A stretch of 64,000 nucleotides of DNA from an uncultured virus (IMG/VR IMGVR_UViG_3300005961_000014) (lineage: Duplodnaviria > Heunggongvirae > Uroviricota > Caudoviricetes). Numbering within the stretch: position 1 is the first letter of the stretch; each line of letters opens with the position of its first letter. This document shows, in pieces, positions 1 to 10,453 of the stretch. A program made the translations under genes and the position numbers. The notes under the pieces were generated by a model. That model did no database searches. It was not told the origin of the DNA and saw nothing but the letters and a program-made list of their open reading frames with translations. Location: positions 1-64,000 of IMG/VR virus record IMGVR_UViG_3300005961_000014; one strand, given 5' to 3'.

Positions 1-81
1 GCCACCAAAACCGCCTTCACCCTCATCACCAAAGTCATCAAAGGGCAGATCGCCAAGATCGATATCGTCTCTGTTAGCCAT
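1..81 (-). CDS. 5' end of a gene running off the window (acidic N-terminus MANRDDIDLGDLPFDDFGDEGEGGFGG); possibly the tape measure/tail protein
   Basis: ATG at 81 with GGGAG upstream on the minus strand; open to the edge; divergent from the vRNAP genes. Product inferred from synteny only. Confidence 0.4.
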   Translation of the reverse strand, partial: MANRDDIDLGDLPFDDFGDEGEGGFGG

Positions 82-149
82 ATAGGGACTCCCCCAGTAG
101 ATGTCGTGTCATATAGATTCCCTCTCTTCACTGCATATAGGACGAGGCT

Positions 150-1784
150 ATGCAACGTACCAGTATTCCTGCCAATGTGGCACTGCTCAAACTGACGCCG
201 GAGCGTCTGCAATATCTGCGGCCGACAAGATCGTTGGATATGTTCGAAGGAGGTAGCACCTCAACCTTTCACGAAGACGGGTTGTTCTCCGTACTGACCT
301 TTGGTCGCCCTGGGAGCGATGAACGAGATCGACGTTTTTCCTATATCGACTTGAAGACCACGTTGTTACATCCGTTTTACTACAAGCAACTCTGCCGTCT
401 GAAGCAGCTTTACGCCGGCATCTTCTCAGGACGGGAATACGCGGCGTGGGATGAAACTCTGGAAGACTTTGTTCCTTCGGATCAAGTCGACGGTGACACC
501 GGCTTCACCTTCTTCATGGACTATTGGGATAAGATCCAGTTCAAAACCAATGACTCGGATGTTCGTGGATTACGAATCGAGTTCATTGTCAAGGGGCGTG
601 AACGAGCGCTGTTGGACAAACTGCTTATTCTTCCGGCGGGTCTTCGGGATGTATCGGTGGACGAATCCGGAAGAACCAAGCAGGGCGATATTAACGGCCC
701 CTATCGTAACATCCTCGCGGCGAATAACGCATTGTCGGTGGTGAGTAGTACGGATAACCGTCTGCAAAACAACACGCGCTACGCCATGCAACAAACCTTT
801 CTGGAAATCTACGAGTACTTCAATGCCCTCGTGAGTGGGAAGGGTGGGTTCTTCTTAGGGAAGTGGGGCTGTCGGCGGATCTATAACGGAACGCGGAACG
901 TTATCACGGCTATGCCGATTGCTAAGCCTATATTGGGTGGACGCCGTGGCGCTGGATTGAATACTACCTTCATTGGTCTCTTTCAGTTGGCAAAGTCTGT
1001 GCTCCCAAAAACCATTCACATGCTGCAAAATGGCTGGATCGGTCGAGTCTTCAGTCAGGATGGTAATGTAGCGCTGGTGAACCCCAAAACCTTGCGACGT
1101 GAAATCATTCGTGTTTCATCGTCAGCCATTGATAAGTGGACATCGACTCCGGGATTGGAAGGTGTGCTGAATAGCTATTTCTCCTTCCAGAACCGTGTCA
1201 AACCCATTGTGGTGGATCGGGGGTATTACTTGGGATTGGTGTATCGAGGTCCTGATAACACGTTTAAGATCTTCAATGACATCACGGAATTACCTGTCGG
1301 GAATCCGAAGTTTGACAAGAAGTACGTGCATCCCTTAACCTTGACAGAGTTGCTTTATATCTCTGGGTATCGGGAGTGGACTAAAATCCCACTGGTCCCA
1401 ACCCGTTACCCCATTACGGGACTGGGGAGTATTTACGACTCCTATGCTTACGTCAAGACCACCGAGGGCGCCGTAGCCAGACGGGAATTGGATGACAACT
1501 GGATTCCAATGGATGCTGAGTACACCGCGTTGGAATACCCCAATATGGACGAGCCGGTGTTCTATGACGCTATGTCAGTACACCCGTCGCGTCTTGCATT
1601 GGCAGGGGGTGACCACGACGGTGACACCATGTCGGGGAATGCGCTTTACACGGACGAAGCTGTAGAAGAAGTCCAACGACTGCTTAACAAGGCGAGTTCC
1701 TATGTTAATCCACGAGGGGGTCTCTTGGCTAGTCCTTCGATTGAATCCGTCCGGCGGGTCGTTATGAATTACACGGGAGATTGA
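150..1784 (+). CDS. Virion RNA polymerase beta'-like subunit (catalytic part; phiKZ gp180-like)
   Basis: GLFS..FG, ILPAGLRD, RYPI and GGDHDGDT (DxDGD metal-binding) motifs of beta'. Confidence 0.9.
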   Translation: MQRTSIPANVALLKLTPERLQYLRPTRSLDMFEGGSTSTFHEDGLFSVLTFGRPGSDERDRRFSYIDLKTTLLHPFYYKQLCRLKQLYAGIFSGREYAAWDETLEDFVPSDQVDGDTGFTFFMDYWDKIQFKTNDSDVRGLRIEFIVKGRERALLDKLLILPAGLRDVSVDESGRTKQGDINGPYRNILAANNALSVVSSTDNRLQNNTRYAMQQTFLEIYEYFNALVSGKGGFFLGKWGCRRIYNGTRNVITAMPIAKPILGGRRGAGLNTTFIGLFQLAKSVLPKTIHMLQNGWIGRVFSQDGNVALVNPKTLRREIIRVSSSAIDKWTSTPGLEGVLNSYFSFQNRVKPIVVDRGYYLGLVYRGPDNTFKIFNDITELPVGNPKFDKKYVHPLTLTELLYISGYREWTKIPLVPTRYPITGLGSIYDSYAYVKTTEGAVARRELDDNWIPMDAEYTALEYPNMDEPVFYDAMSVHPSRLALAGGDHDGDTMSGNALYTDEAVEEVQRLLNKASSYVNPRGGLLASPSIESVRRVVMNYTGD

Positions 1785-1785
1785 G

Positions 1786-4700
1786 ATGCAAACGTATGCG
1801 ATTTTCTATCGCCAGCACGGGATGCGGAACGTGTCGCAGTTGCTGAGACCGCCCTTGAGCGATCTGGAAACCCTGCGGTTGCCAGTCAATTCGGCGTATC
1901 ACTACGTCACTACCGATGAAGAGGATGATGGGGTTAGTCCGGACGATCAGTTGCTGAATGGCTACGCTAACAACATCGTCGTGGATCACATTGTGGATAT
2001 GCCTATCCAGGGACTCCGTGGGGAGCCGCATTCTCGGACGTTCAATGATGCCAGCTACGTTCAAGAGTTCCATCGGCGCTACAAGAACTTTAAGCGTTTG
2101 GCGAGTAATGCGCAAGCCGTGAGAAACCAGCGGATGCTGTACGTGGTGAATTACGCACCCTTGGCGAAGCATTACCGATATCTTCCCATGGGACATGCGG
2201 CTATTATGCAGTATGATCGTTGGGCGAATGCCATGTCTATGGTCTGGATCAAGGCTGCTGAGATCGCCAAAGACACCGGGCGGCAGCAATTCATACGCGT
2301 CGATCTTCCAGTTCGACTCCCCAGTATTGCTCAACTGAACATGGTTAAGGATCACAGTAAGAATAACGTGATCCAAAACCTGCATGGTGAAAGCAGTTAT
2401 TTCCTATCGGACATGTGGCAGTGGTTGGGAGAAGAACGCTCGCAGTCTACGCTGGCACGTATTCCGAGCGAAGCCGTTGAATACATGAACTTGGTGTGGC
2501 TGGTGGGTGGTAAGTGGGCTACGCTGAATCTGGGTTTGTTGGAGCGCATGCGAAAGACGCCGGATAATAAACAGGGAGTGGCTACGCCTGAACAACTGCA
2601 ACGGCTCTATCTTCGGATGAATATGTCATTGCAAGAATCCGTTACGGTGGTCACTGAAGATGCTTCGGTGACGGAAGCAGCACCTGCCGCAGATAAAGAC
2701 AGTAATCCATCCCCTGCGAAAACCCTAGACGAAGTCATGAAGGCAGCCGATAAGCTACCTGAAAATGAAGTCGACAAAGAAGACACCTCCCAGTTGTTGG
2801 GGGAAGACTCGCAGGATACTGCGGAAGTCCTTCAGCAGGTCGATAAGGATCTGGACGCTATTCCCGATGAAGAAGCTGCTCCTGAAGAAGAAGAAGGAGT
2901 CTATCAGGGATACGTGGCTAAAGAAGTCACTATAGACAACGCAGTGGAAACCAAAGCGATGTCTTTGGTAAAGAAGGGATTACTTTCAGCCGGTGAGCAC
3001 GGACGGTTGGTGGCTATTAGCCAACGGTATAAGTCCCTACCTAACCCTTACGGGGATGGTAAACTGACGGATCTTCTGGAGATCAAACCCGAGGAACTCC
3101 AGGTTCCGGAGACCGCGGAGATGATTGGTCCAGTGACGGGAGTGTTGGATAACTCCATGCGATCCTGCTCTCTTCAGCATTTCGATGAACGCTATATCGA
3201 GAACATTCTTCCGAAAGACATTGTCTCGACGGTCATGTCGGTTCAAAGAGCTGGGATAGCCGTGCAGGATTACAATATCCGACGCGTTGATACGATGCAG
3301 GATTCCTACGAAATCCACACCGTGCGATTGGTCCCAGCGATTGGTAAACCGAACACCATTAGCTTCCGACTACCGATTGTGAAGCCTGATGGAACCTATC
3401 TGGCTGGGGGGACAATATACCGTTTGCGTAAGCAACGCGGAGATTCCCCTATTCGTAAAACTGCGCCAGACGAAGTCTCTCTGACAAGTTACTTCAGCAA
3501 GATGTTTGTTCGCAAAACGGAACGAGTGGCGTTTAGTTACGATCAGTGGCTGTGTAACCAGATCATTAAGATCAGCCGAATTGGGAACCAGGAGGGCGCG
3601 CTGTCTGACATCAAGTTTGCCAACTGCTTCACGAAGGATCACGCTGTTCCTCCGGCGTATGCTGCCATCGCCCAACGCATTCGGTCATTTGTAGTGGCTG
3701 GATACACCTTTAACTTTGACTACAAAGCCGGTCAAGATTTCTTCGGTGCCCAGGTTGTCAAGGATGTATTACTCGCAAGCAAGGGGGAACTGATTCCGGT
3801 CGCCAAAGGAACCGAAGGGGTTCTTGTCATGGACTTTGACAATGAACTCTATCACATTTCGCATCTGGGAAATCTGGATGAGAAACGTGCTATGGGGCAA
3901 CTGGATACCTTTCTGGGTCTCCCTTCGGAAAAACGTCCCACGGACTACGTGGAGGTTGGCGTCTTTGGTAAAGACATTCCTGTGGGGATTCTCTTGGCCA
4001 TGCAGGCAGGTCTTGGAAACTTGCTGAAAACCCTTAAGGCAAGACATCGTCGGGTCCTGGTGGGTGAGCGAGAGACCTTGGGTCCTACGGAGTACGTAGT
4101 GCGGTTTCAGGATGAGAAACTCATTCTGGATCGACGTGATGCGGTAGCGACGTTGTTGATGCAAGGATTCAATCGGTACCACAACGAGATCAAGCGATAC
4201 AGCATCTATCATTTCGACAAGCCCGAAGTCTACGCCAACATCCTGAACGATGTGGACATCCGTGCACGACATCTCCGTAAGATCGACCTGATGTTCAACC
4301 TCTGGGTGGATCCTATTACCCGGGGGTTGCTGGTGGAAATGGATGAACCCTTAACACTGTTCGAACTCTTCATTTCAGCGACCAAGAAACTTACGCTCAA
4401 TACGTGTCCAGACCCCATGGACATGGAACATATGCGAATCAAGGGCTATGAACGGTTTGCTGGGATACTTTACGATCAGCTCATGCGATCACTGACGGAT
4501 TACAGCATGAAGGCCAGTACGGCTAACGCCATGGTGGACATGCACCCATACGCCGTGTGGTCAGCGATCAGTGAAGATGAAACCAAGATGCCGGTAAAGG
4601 ATGCCAATCCTATTCACGCGCTCAAGGAACAAGAAGTCGTGGTGTACTCAGGACATGGGGGTCGGTCAAGCCGCTCCATGACTGCACCTTCGCGGAAGTA

Positions 4701-6015
4701 TCACAAGAACGCCATGGGGGTCATCTCTGAGGCTACAGTGGATTCCGGGGAAGTGGCTACTATCACCTATCTGACAGCAGATCCCAATTTCAACAGTCTG
4801 CGTGGCACGACTCGGCGCGTCAAAGACCCGGTTAAGGATCCGGCTAAGATGCTAAGTACGAGTGTGATGCTAGCACCAGCAGTTGATCGTGATTCGCCTA
4901 CTCGGGGGAACTTCTGTAATATCCAGAACTCTGCCACCACTCACGCCGTTGGTTACACTCCTCTGCCTACACGTACGGGTTACGAGCGCGTAATCGCACA
5001 GCGGAGCTCTCGCTTGTTTTCACAAGCTGCGAAAGAAGACGGGAAGATCGTCTCGATCCAGAACGACGTGATGGTGATCCAGTATGCATCGGGTGCGGTG
5101 GATAGCTTTCCCATGGGGCGACAGTACGGAAAGTGGGATGGTGAAGACGTGCCCCATCAGCTTGATACGGTGTTCAAAGTCGGGGATGAGTTTAAGAAGA
5201 GTGATATCCTGCTATACAACAGCATGTATTACACACCCGACATCATGAACCCCAAGAATGTCTTGCTGAAGTTCGGTGTATTGGCCTATACGGTCTTCTG
5301 TGAGGTCCAGGCGGTCTTCGAAGATTCGTGCGCACTGAGTGAATCCTTTGCGGAGAAGATGGCTACCACCATCACTCGTGTCCGTGAGGTCTCGGTCGAT
5401 TTTGATAAAGAGGTTCGTAATCTGGTCAAAGTCGGAGAAACACTCACTACTGAAAGTATTTTATGTACTATCCACCACGCGAGTGGCGGTAATTCCGATA
5501 TTTTCAGTGATGAAGCACTCAGCACACTGATGTCATTATCACAAACCTCCCCCAAGGCCAAATACCCTGGCAAGGTGGAACGCATTGAGGTCGTCTATTG
5601 CGGCGATACCGAAGATATGTCACCCAGTCTGAAAACACTGGCTGAACAATCGGACACCAAGATGCGCCGAACCAATAAAGAACTCCGTCGAGCTGTCGGT
5701 GAAGCTAATCTTGAACGCGGTACGCGAGTCAGTGGGAAACCCATTGATGATAAACAAGCCGTTATTAAGATTTACATTACTGGACCTAACCCCATGGGGG
5801 TCGCTGATAAGTTTGTCTTTGCTAATCAGATGAAAGGGACGGTAGGGGAAGTCTTTACCGGTGTTCTGGAAACAGATGAAGGGGTTTCTCTGGATGCTAA
5901 GTTCAGTTATCGTTCGTTCGATAAACGGATTGTGAACTCCGGGGATCTCATTGGAACCACCTCCACGCTGGCCGTGGAGATCGGTAAGCGAATGATTGCC
6001 GCCTACCGAGGATGA
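1786..6015 (+). CDS. Virion RNA polymerase beta-like subunit (phiKZ gp178-like)
   Basis: 1409 aa; beta motifs SEATVDSGEV, FEDS, ADKF..NQMKGTVG; adjacent to the beta' subunit. Confidence 0.88.
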   Translation: MQTYAIFYRQHGMRNVSQLLRPPLSDLETLRLPVNSAYHYVTTDEEDDGVSPDDQLLNGYANNIVVDHIVDMPIQGLRGEPHSRTFNDASYVQEFHRRYKNFKRLASNAQAVRNQRMLYVVNYAPLAKHYRYLPMGHAAIMQYDRWANAMSMVWIKAAEIAKDTGRQQFIRVDLPVRLPSIAQLNMVKDHSKNNVIQNLHGESSYFLSDMWQWLGEERSQSTLARIPSEAVEYMNLVWLVGGKWATLNLGLLERMRKTPDNKQGVATPEQLQRLYLRMNMSLQESVTVVTEDASVTEAAPAADKDSNPSPAKTLDEVMKAADKLPENEVDKEDTSQLLGEDSQDTAEVLQQVDKDLDAIPDEEAAPEEEEGVYQGYVAKEVTIDNAVETKAMSLVKKGLLSAGEHGRLVAISQRYKSLPNPYGDGKLTDLLEIKPEELQVPETAEMIGPVTGVLDNSMRSCSLQHFDERYIENILPKDIVSTVMSVQRAGIAVQDYNIRRVDTMQDSYEIHTVRLVPAIGKPNTISFRLPIVKPDGTYLAGGTIYRLRKQRGDSPIRKTAPDEVSLTSYFSKMFVRKTERVAFSYDQWLCNQIIKISRIGNQEGALSDIKFANCFTKDHAVPPAYAAIAQRIRSFVVAGYTFNFDYKAGQDFFGAQVVKDVLLASKGELIPVAKGTEGVLVMDFDNELYHISHLGNLDEKRAMGQLDTFLGLPSEKRPTDYVEVGVFGKDIPVGILLAMQAGLGNLLKTLKARHRRVLVGERETLGPTEYVVRFQDEKLILDRRDAVATLLMQGFNRYHNEIKRYSIYHFDKPEVYANILNDVDIRARHLRKIDLMFNLWVDPITRGLLVEMDEPLTLFELFISATKKLTLNTCPDPMDMEHMRIKGYERFAGILYDQLMRSLTDYSMKASTANAMVDMHPYAVWSAISEDETKMPVKDANPIHALKEQEVVVYSGHGGRSSRSMTAPSRKYHKNAMGVISEATVDSGEVATITYLTADPNFNSLRGTTRRVKDPVKDPAKMLSTSVMLAPAVDRDSPTRGNFCNIQNSATTHAVGYTPLPTRTGYERVIAQRSSRLFSQAAKEDGKIVSIQNDVMVIQYASGAVDSFPMGRQYGKWDGEDVPHQLDTVFKVGDEFKKSDILLYNSMYYTPDIMNPKNVLLKFGVLAYTVFCEVQAVFEDSCALSESFAEKMATTITRVREVSVDFDKEVRNLVKVGETLTTESILCTIHHASGGNSDIFSDEALSTLMSLSQTSPKAKYPGKVERIEVVYCGDTEDMSPSLKTLAEQSDTKMRRTNKELRRAVGEANLERGTRVSGKPIDDKQAVIKIYITGPNPMGVADKFVFANQMKGTVGEVFTGVLETDEGVSLDAKFSYRSFDKRIVNSGDLIGTTSTLAVEIGKRMIAAYRG

Positions 6016-6071
6016 CTCAACAGTGAGGGAGGTAACTCCCTCACTATTTTTAACACTACTGAGGATTCAGC

Positions 6072-6275
6072 ATGAATACCGATAAGGTGATTGGATCGTA
6101 CGTGACTTTGGGGAACCTGACCGAAGTAGCGTGCGGTGTGGTGCGGGAATTGGTAGGCGACGCACTGTCCCCTACGATTCGCGGAGAGAGCGTGGTGGGT
6201 CCTGATTCTGATTTCCTCATGGATCTGGTGGCGAACACGGTGAATACCAAACTGGCGGCTTTGCCGCGTCAATAA
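6072..6275 (+). CDS. Small hypothetical protein
   Basis: GAGGA RBS; 67 aa ORF in operon. Confidence 0.6.
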   Translation: MNTDKVIGSYVTLGNLTEVACGVVRELVGDALSPTIRGESVVGPDSDFLMDLVANTVNTKLAALPRQ

Positions 6276-6287
6276 GGAAACGCAATC

Positions 6288-7763
6288 ATGCTGAACAGAT
6301 CCGTAATCAACGCTGTTGCACCCATGGTTCGTAACCTGACGGCAGCCAACGTCACCGTGGAACCGATCCCGAATACCCCGCTCGGTAATCTGGTGGCTGA
6401 ACAACATGTCCCCATCGTCGATACGCGCGCTTGGGAAGCATCGGCTCAACCGGTGGAAGAAAAGCTGAATATCCTGCTGGACCAGGTGGAGCTCACTGAC
6501 CGTGCTGGGACTGGCGAACACCAAGTTTGCTTGGACGCCCAAATCAAGGTGGCCGCAGATAGCCTCCGCGGTAGTATCCTGTTCACCCGGACGGTGGTGA
6601 AACCTCAGATTGACGAAGTCGTGGGTCAGGTCAACCAGGCATTGAAAGATAGCGACACTCGTATTGCCAATTCCATGGCGGTAACGCCGGATATGTACGA
6701 ACCGGTCTGGGATTCGACGTCGCTGGCTTCATTGGTTGAACCCTTCCAAGACATCCCCAAGCTGGGACAAATCGGTGATCCTCGTGTGCACCCGCAGCGG
6801 ACATCTGACGAAGTCGTTGCCATGCTCACCACTGGGTCATCCCGCTTGGATAAGGAGCTGAAGGATTGGGTCGCCACCATTGGGCAAGATCAGGTCTTCT
6901 CGGTCTATCAAGGTTTCTTCGCTGCACGGCCGGAGGTGGGTGTTTACGACGCCAACTTCAACGTCAACGACTGGCTGGACGGGACAGGGAAAGTGTACCG
7001 CACCAACGCGTTGATCATCTTTGCACTGGCGCACTACATGCTGGCCAATGTCATGGAAGATATCAATGTGCCTCTGGGTGCATACGAACAAATGATGACT
7101 GCGGTCATCGCCCGCGCGGGCCTCACGATCAACAACGTCATGGAATGGCGTCAGAACTGTAAGGAAGCGAAGCGTCTTGTGATTTCTTGGCCGATCGCGG
7201 GTGCTGAGTATCGCACGTTCTGGAGCGAAGGGGGTCAGATTCTGGTCAACAATGACGTCTATCTGGAATGGCTCGACAAGGGAGGGGCTCCGGAAATCCT
7301 GATGGGTGCCGCGATCAGCGATCGCGTATCCGACGGCGAGTTCCTGTTGGAAAATGCTGAGAAGTATCTGGAGCAATGGCGTCGTCGTGCCGCACTGGTC
7401 CGCAGTGCTCAGTACAACGAACGCATCGTGGTGATTATCAACACCCTGCGTGACGTCATGACTGCGTTGATTAACAGCATGAAGGACGAGGATCAGATTC
7501 TGGGAGATCGTGCTCCCTACCACCAGAAACTGGATCAAGCACTGTCACACTGCCGTCACGAAGACCCCGACCATATCTACCAGATCGTTCGTCGGGTGGT
7601 TTGTAAGACGCTGTATGATTACCGCGACTGTCTTCAGATTCTGGAGACTATCGATGCCGTGGCTGCACGTGAACCCGATCTGGAAATCGACGAAGTGGCT
7701 ACCTTGGCTGTGGTTGACATTGTGGTTGCGTGGTTGGTGAAACAAGTCATCGTGAGAGGGTAA
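6288..7763 (+). CDS. Conserved phiKZ-like protein (gp177-like, probably virion-associated)
   Basis: 491 aa ORF with RBS; synteny between vRNAP and prohead protease. Confidence 0.6.
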   Translation: MLNRSVINAVAPMVRNLTAANVTVEPIPNTPLGNLVAEQHVPIVDTRAWEASAQPVEEKLNILLDQVELTDRAGTGEHQVCLDAQIKVAADSLRGSILFTRTVVKPQIDEVVGQVNQALKDSDTRIANSMAVTPDMYEPVWDSTSLASLVEPFQDIPKLGQIGDPRVHPQRTSDEVVAMLTTGSSRLDKELKDWVATIGQDQVFSVYQGFFAARPEVGVYDANFNVNDWLDGTGKVYRTNALIIFALAHYMLANVMEDINVPLGAYEQMMTAVIARAGLTINNVMEWRQNCKEAKRLVISWPIAGAEYRTFWSEGGQILVNNDVYLEWLDKGGAPEILMGAAISDRVSDGEFLLENAEKYLEQWRRRAALVRSAQYNERIVVIINTLRDVMTALINSMKDEDQILGDRAPYHQKLDQALSHCRHEDPDHIYQIVRRVVCKTLYDYRDCLQILETIDAVAAREPDLEIDEVATLAVVDIVVAWLVKQVIVRG

Positions 7764-7767
7764 CATC

Positions 7768-8502
7768 ATGGACTTTGCAGCGCTGAAGCGTGATGCAGCG
7801 GCTATCAACGCTGCGTGTCCGGTGGTTGAAGGCGGCAAGGTATGGATTACCACGGCTGGGTGCCGTATCTACGTCCCTTGTCGTTATGAGACGCACAAGC
7901 TCATGACAGTGGGTGACGAGATCCGTATTCTTGGCATCTTCGCAATAGTCGTTGGGGAAGGAACTCAGGCACGGTACGGTATCTCCAGTGCGATTGCCAT
8001 GCTGACTGTAACCCCTTCCTCTACGGCAATCATCAAGATTCAGGGAGACGATTACTACGAGCTGAGCTTTGATCCGGGGGCTGAGATTTGCGGTAACTTG
8101 GATCTGGTGAAGAATGACACTTTGGTGTTTCCGGTGTACGATGAGTTTGTGGCTAAGGGACATATTCCCGCATTCTTCTCGTACGAGGATATGTGCACCT
8201 TGTTCATCAGTTCGGAACGGCATGCGGCGATGGGGCTGGATGCGTCTAATGCTGTCTTGGAAATGATCGTGGGGTCTATCGCGCGCCACCGGGATGATCG
8301 CACGATCTATTATCGCCAGACGCTCACCGAAGATGCCGCACTGAAAGTCCCGCCTGCCTACATCGCGTTCCGAAACGTCATCTATGGCGCCACCAGCACG
8401 GTATCGAAACTCCTAGGGTCCTATATGGACGACGGGATGATGTCGGCTCTGGTTAACCCCAGTGAAAAGGTGGAAGGTATTGAATCCCTGTTGCGTATGT
8501 AG
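7768..8502 (+). CDS. Conserved phiKZ-like protein (gp176-like)
   Basis: 244 aa ORF directly upstream of the protease; synteny. Confidence 0.6.
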   Translation: MDFAALKRDAAAINAACPVVEGGKVWITTAGCRIYVPCRYETHKLMTVGDEIRILGIFAIVVGEGTQARYGISSAIAMLTVTPSSTAIIKIQGDDYYELSFDPGAEICGNLDLVKNDTLVFPVYDEFVAKGHIPAFFSYEDMCTLFISSERHAAMGLDASNAVLEMIVGSIARHRDDRTIYYRQTLTEDAALKVPPAYIAFRNVIYGATSTVSKLLGSYMDDGMMSALVNPSEKVEGIESLLRM

Positions 8503-8513
8503 CCGAGGAACAC

Positions 8514-9293
8514 ATGACAGTTATCACGTATGAAAGTAACATCCTGAGAAACTCAGGTAAAAAAGGCATTCTGAAACCGGATGCAGATGGGCGGTACGAA
8601 TTGGTGTTGGGAGCGTTCAATTACGCCAACAACCACAAGGACTTCTACCCACTGGGTCCGGTTAAAGATATGTTTGAAAGCTCATCCCCGTTTCAACGAC
8701 GCATTGCCGCCAACGCATTGCGGGGCGAATACGGGCACCCTAAGCGCGATAGCGTTCGCACGGAGAATGATTTCATTCGCCGGGTTATGGAAATCCGTGA
8801 AACCCAAGTCTGCTGTTACTTCAACCGGATTCAGTTGAATGAACAAGACCGTGTGGCTATGAACGGAGAACGCGAAGTCGTCGTTACAGGGTTGGTGAAA
8901 CCCTCGGGTCCGTTTGGAACTTATCTGGAAGAAAGTCTGAAAGACCCTAACCAGAATGCGTCGTTCTCGGTGCGTACACTGACCAACGATGTACCCGGAC
9001 CACAGGGTGGGATGATCAAGACAGTACGGATGCTGGTAACGTGGGACTATGTCAACGAGCCCGGTATTGCGCTGGCGCACAAGTACAACTCCCCGAGTCT
9101 GGAGTCCATTGATGGTCACAGTTTCGATCTCAATACCCTGATGACGGCTGCTGAGCAAGTACGCAGCGGTCGGTTCGGTGTCGGGATGGAAAGCGATGAT
9201 CGTGATCGTCTCTATGAGGCAGTGCGACTGTTCCGTGAAAAGACGACTGCTCCGGCGTCACGCATCTATCTCCCCCCATCCGCCAAATGGTAA
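8514..9293 (+). CDS. Prohead (head maturation) protease, phiKZ gp175-like
   Basis: LRGEYGHP (His), ASFSVR (Ser), TWDYVNEPG motifs; SPSLE|S autocleavage-type site near the C-terminus. Confidence 0.85.
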   Translation: MTVITYESNILRNSGKKGILKPDADGRYELVLGAFNYANNHKDFYPLGPVKDMFESSSPFQRRIAANALRGEYGHPKRDSVRTENDFIRRVMEIRETQVCCYFNRIQLNEQDRVAMNGEREVVVTGLVKPSGPFGTYLEESLKDPNQNASFSVRTLTNDVPGPQGGMIKTVRMLVTWDYVNEPGIALAHKYNSPSLESIDGHSFDLNTLMTAAEQVRSGRFGVGMESDDRDRLYEAVRLFREKTTAPASRIYLPPSAKW

Positions 9294-9300
9294 ATCCTCT

Positions 9301-9332
9301 ATCTCCCCACTGGAATTACCCAGTGGGGAGAT
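9301..9332 (+). terminator. Hairpin terminator after the protease
   Basis: ATCTCCCCACTGG...CCAGTGGGGAGAT inverted repeat. Confidence 0.6.
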
Positions 9333-9348
9333 ATGATCCTAATTCAAA

Positions 9349-9370
9349 AAACATACACACTACTTAACTG
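9349..9370 (+). promoter_or_regulatory. Putative phage early promoter motif
   Basis: ACATACACACTAC-like motif repeated before accessory gene blocks. Confidence 0.5.
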
Positions 9371-9464
9371 GAAGTAGAGCTAGACTGCTTTCGGTGTCTT
9401 AAGTTTTTACACAGACGCCTCATTTCATGGTCAATTAACGACCGTAACCTCCGGAGAGAAAAAC

Positions 9465-9905
9465 ATGAGTATCAATGCTCAAGTCCGCGCGATGGCTGAT
9501 GCTATCAAACCCAAACTGACCGTGGCTGGCTCGAACATCGAGCGCCCCGATGACCTCTATGCCCAAACCCTGACTGGCAACGACCTGACCATGGAAACCG
9601 TGGAAAAGGTGCAACGTCACCGCCAAGACTTCCTGGCGGCGACGGAGCTGGCAGCGGGTGAACTGGTAATCGAAGCCATGAAGGCTGACAAGGAACTGGA
9701 GCAATCCAGCATGACCCTGAAGGTCGGTTCCGACAAAGTGAGCGTAACGGTTCACCGCACCTTCGAAACCAAGGCGCCGGGGAGCGACACGTCAATCACC
9801 AACTACGGCTGGGTGACCAGTTCGTACAAGGCCAAGGCCAGTGCGCAAGCAGCGCATGTTCGCACGGCGTTGAAAGCAGCGGGCGCTGCTGCCTTCACGT
9901 CCTGA
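9465..9905 (+). CDS. Hypothetical protein, probably highly expressed
   Basis: Strong GGAGAG RBS; biased codon usage; followed by a hairpin. Confidence 0.75.
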   Translation: MSINAQVRAMADAIKPKLTVAGSNIERPDDLYAQTLTGNDLTMETVEKVQRHRQDFLAATELAAGELVIEAMKADKELEQSSMTLKVGSDKVSVTVHRTFETKAPGSDTSITNYGWVTSSYKAKASAQAAHVRTALKAAGAAAFTS

Positions 9906-9961
9906 CGCGCGGCATACAGCCTAGGTGGGCTAATTAGCCCACCTATTTTTTGGAGAGTATC

Positions 9962-10453
9962 ATGACAGACATGAACGCGGTTTATGCCTTTAAGGGGGCT
10001 CTGGCGCAGTTTAAACAGGTATTGCAGGAGACGGGTGCATCCGCTGCCGTAGAACACCGCTTTGGTCCCACTGACGAGAACCCTGGAGGAACCAGTATTC
10101 GGGACATCCTGACTGATTCCGATCCCAACTACTCGTTGGAGCAAAGGAAGCTTTACGTCGTATCCCTTGTTGCTAAGCAATTAGAAACAACGGGTCATGA
10201 AATGGCAGAAGCTGCAAATGTGCTGCAATCCGCGCATGATCGTAGCGATAAGGTCTTTCGCTCCCAGGCGGCGGCTTTTGCGGCACTGGATAGTAACTAC
10301 CAAAGACTGAAGACCGACGTGAAAAACCTTGGATCAGCTTTCGAGGTAGACTTCACGGAATACGCTTTGGCACGCGGGTTTGCAATCCCTAACGAATTGC
10401 TGGATCTGATCATGCGTTTCCTGGATGACGAAGTAGGGAAGATCGTAACATGA
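9962..10453 (+). CDS. Hypothetical coiled-coil protein
   Basis: GGAGAG RBS before ATG 9962. Confidence 0.65.
   Translation: MTDMNAVYAFKGALAQFKQVLQETGASAAVEHRFGPTDENPGGTSIRDILTDSDPNYSLEQRKLYVVSLVAKQLETTGHEMAEAANVLQSAHDRSDKVFRSQAAAFAALDSNYQRLKTDVKNLGSAFEVDFTEYALARGFAIPNELLDLIMRFLDDEVGKIVT

Noticed and set aside
6072..7763. Possible stop-codon readthrough joining two in-frame ORFs
   Set aside because: The downstream ORF has its own AAGGA RBS and ATG, and there is no sign of genetic-code reassignment elsewhere.
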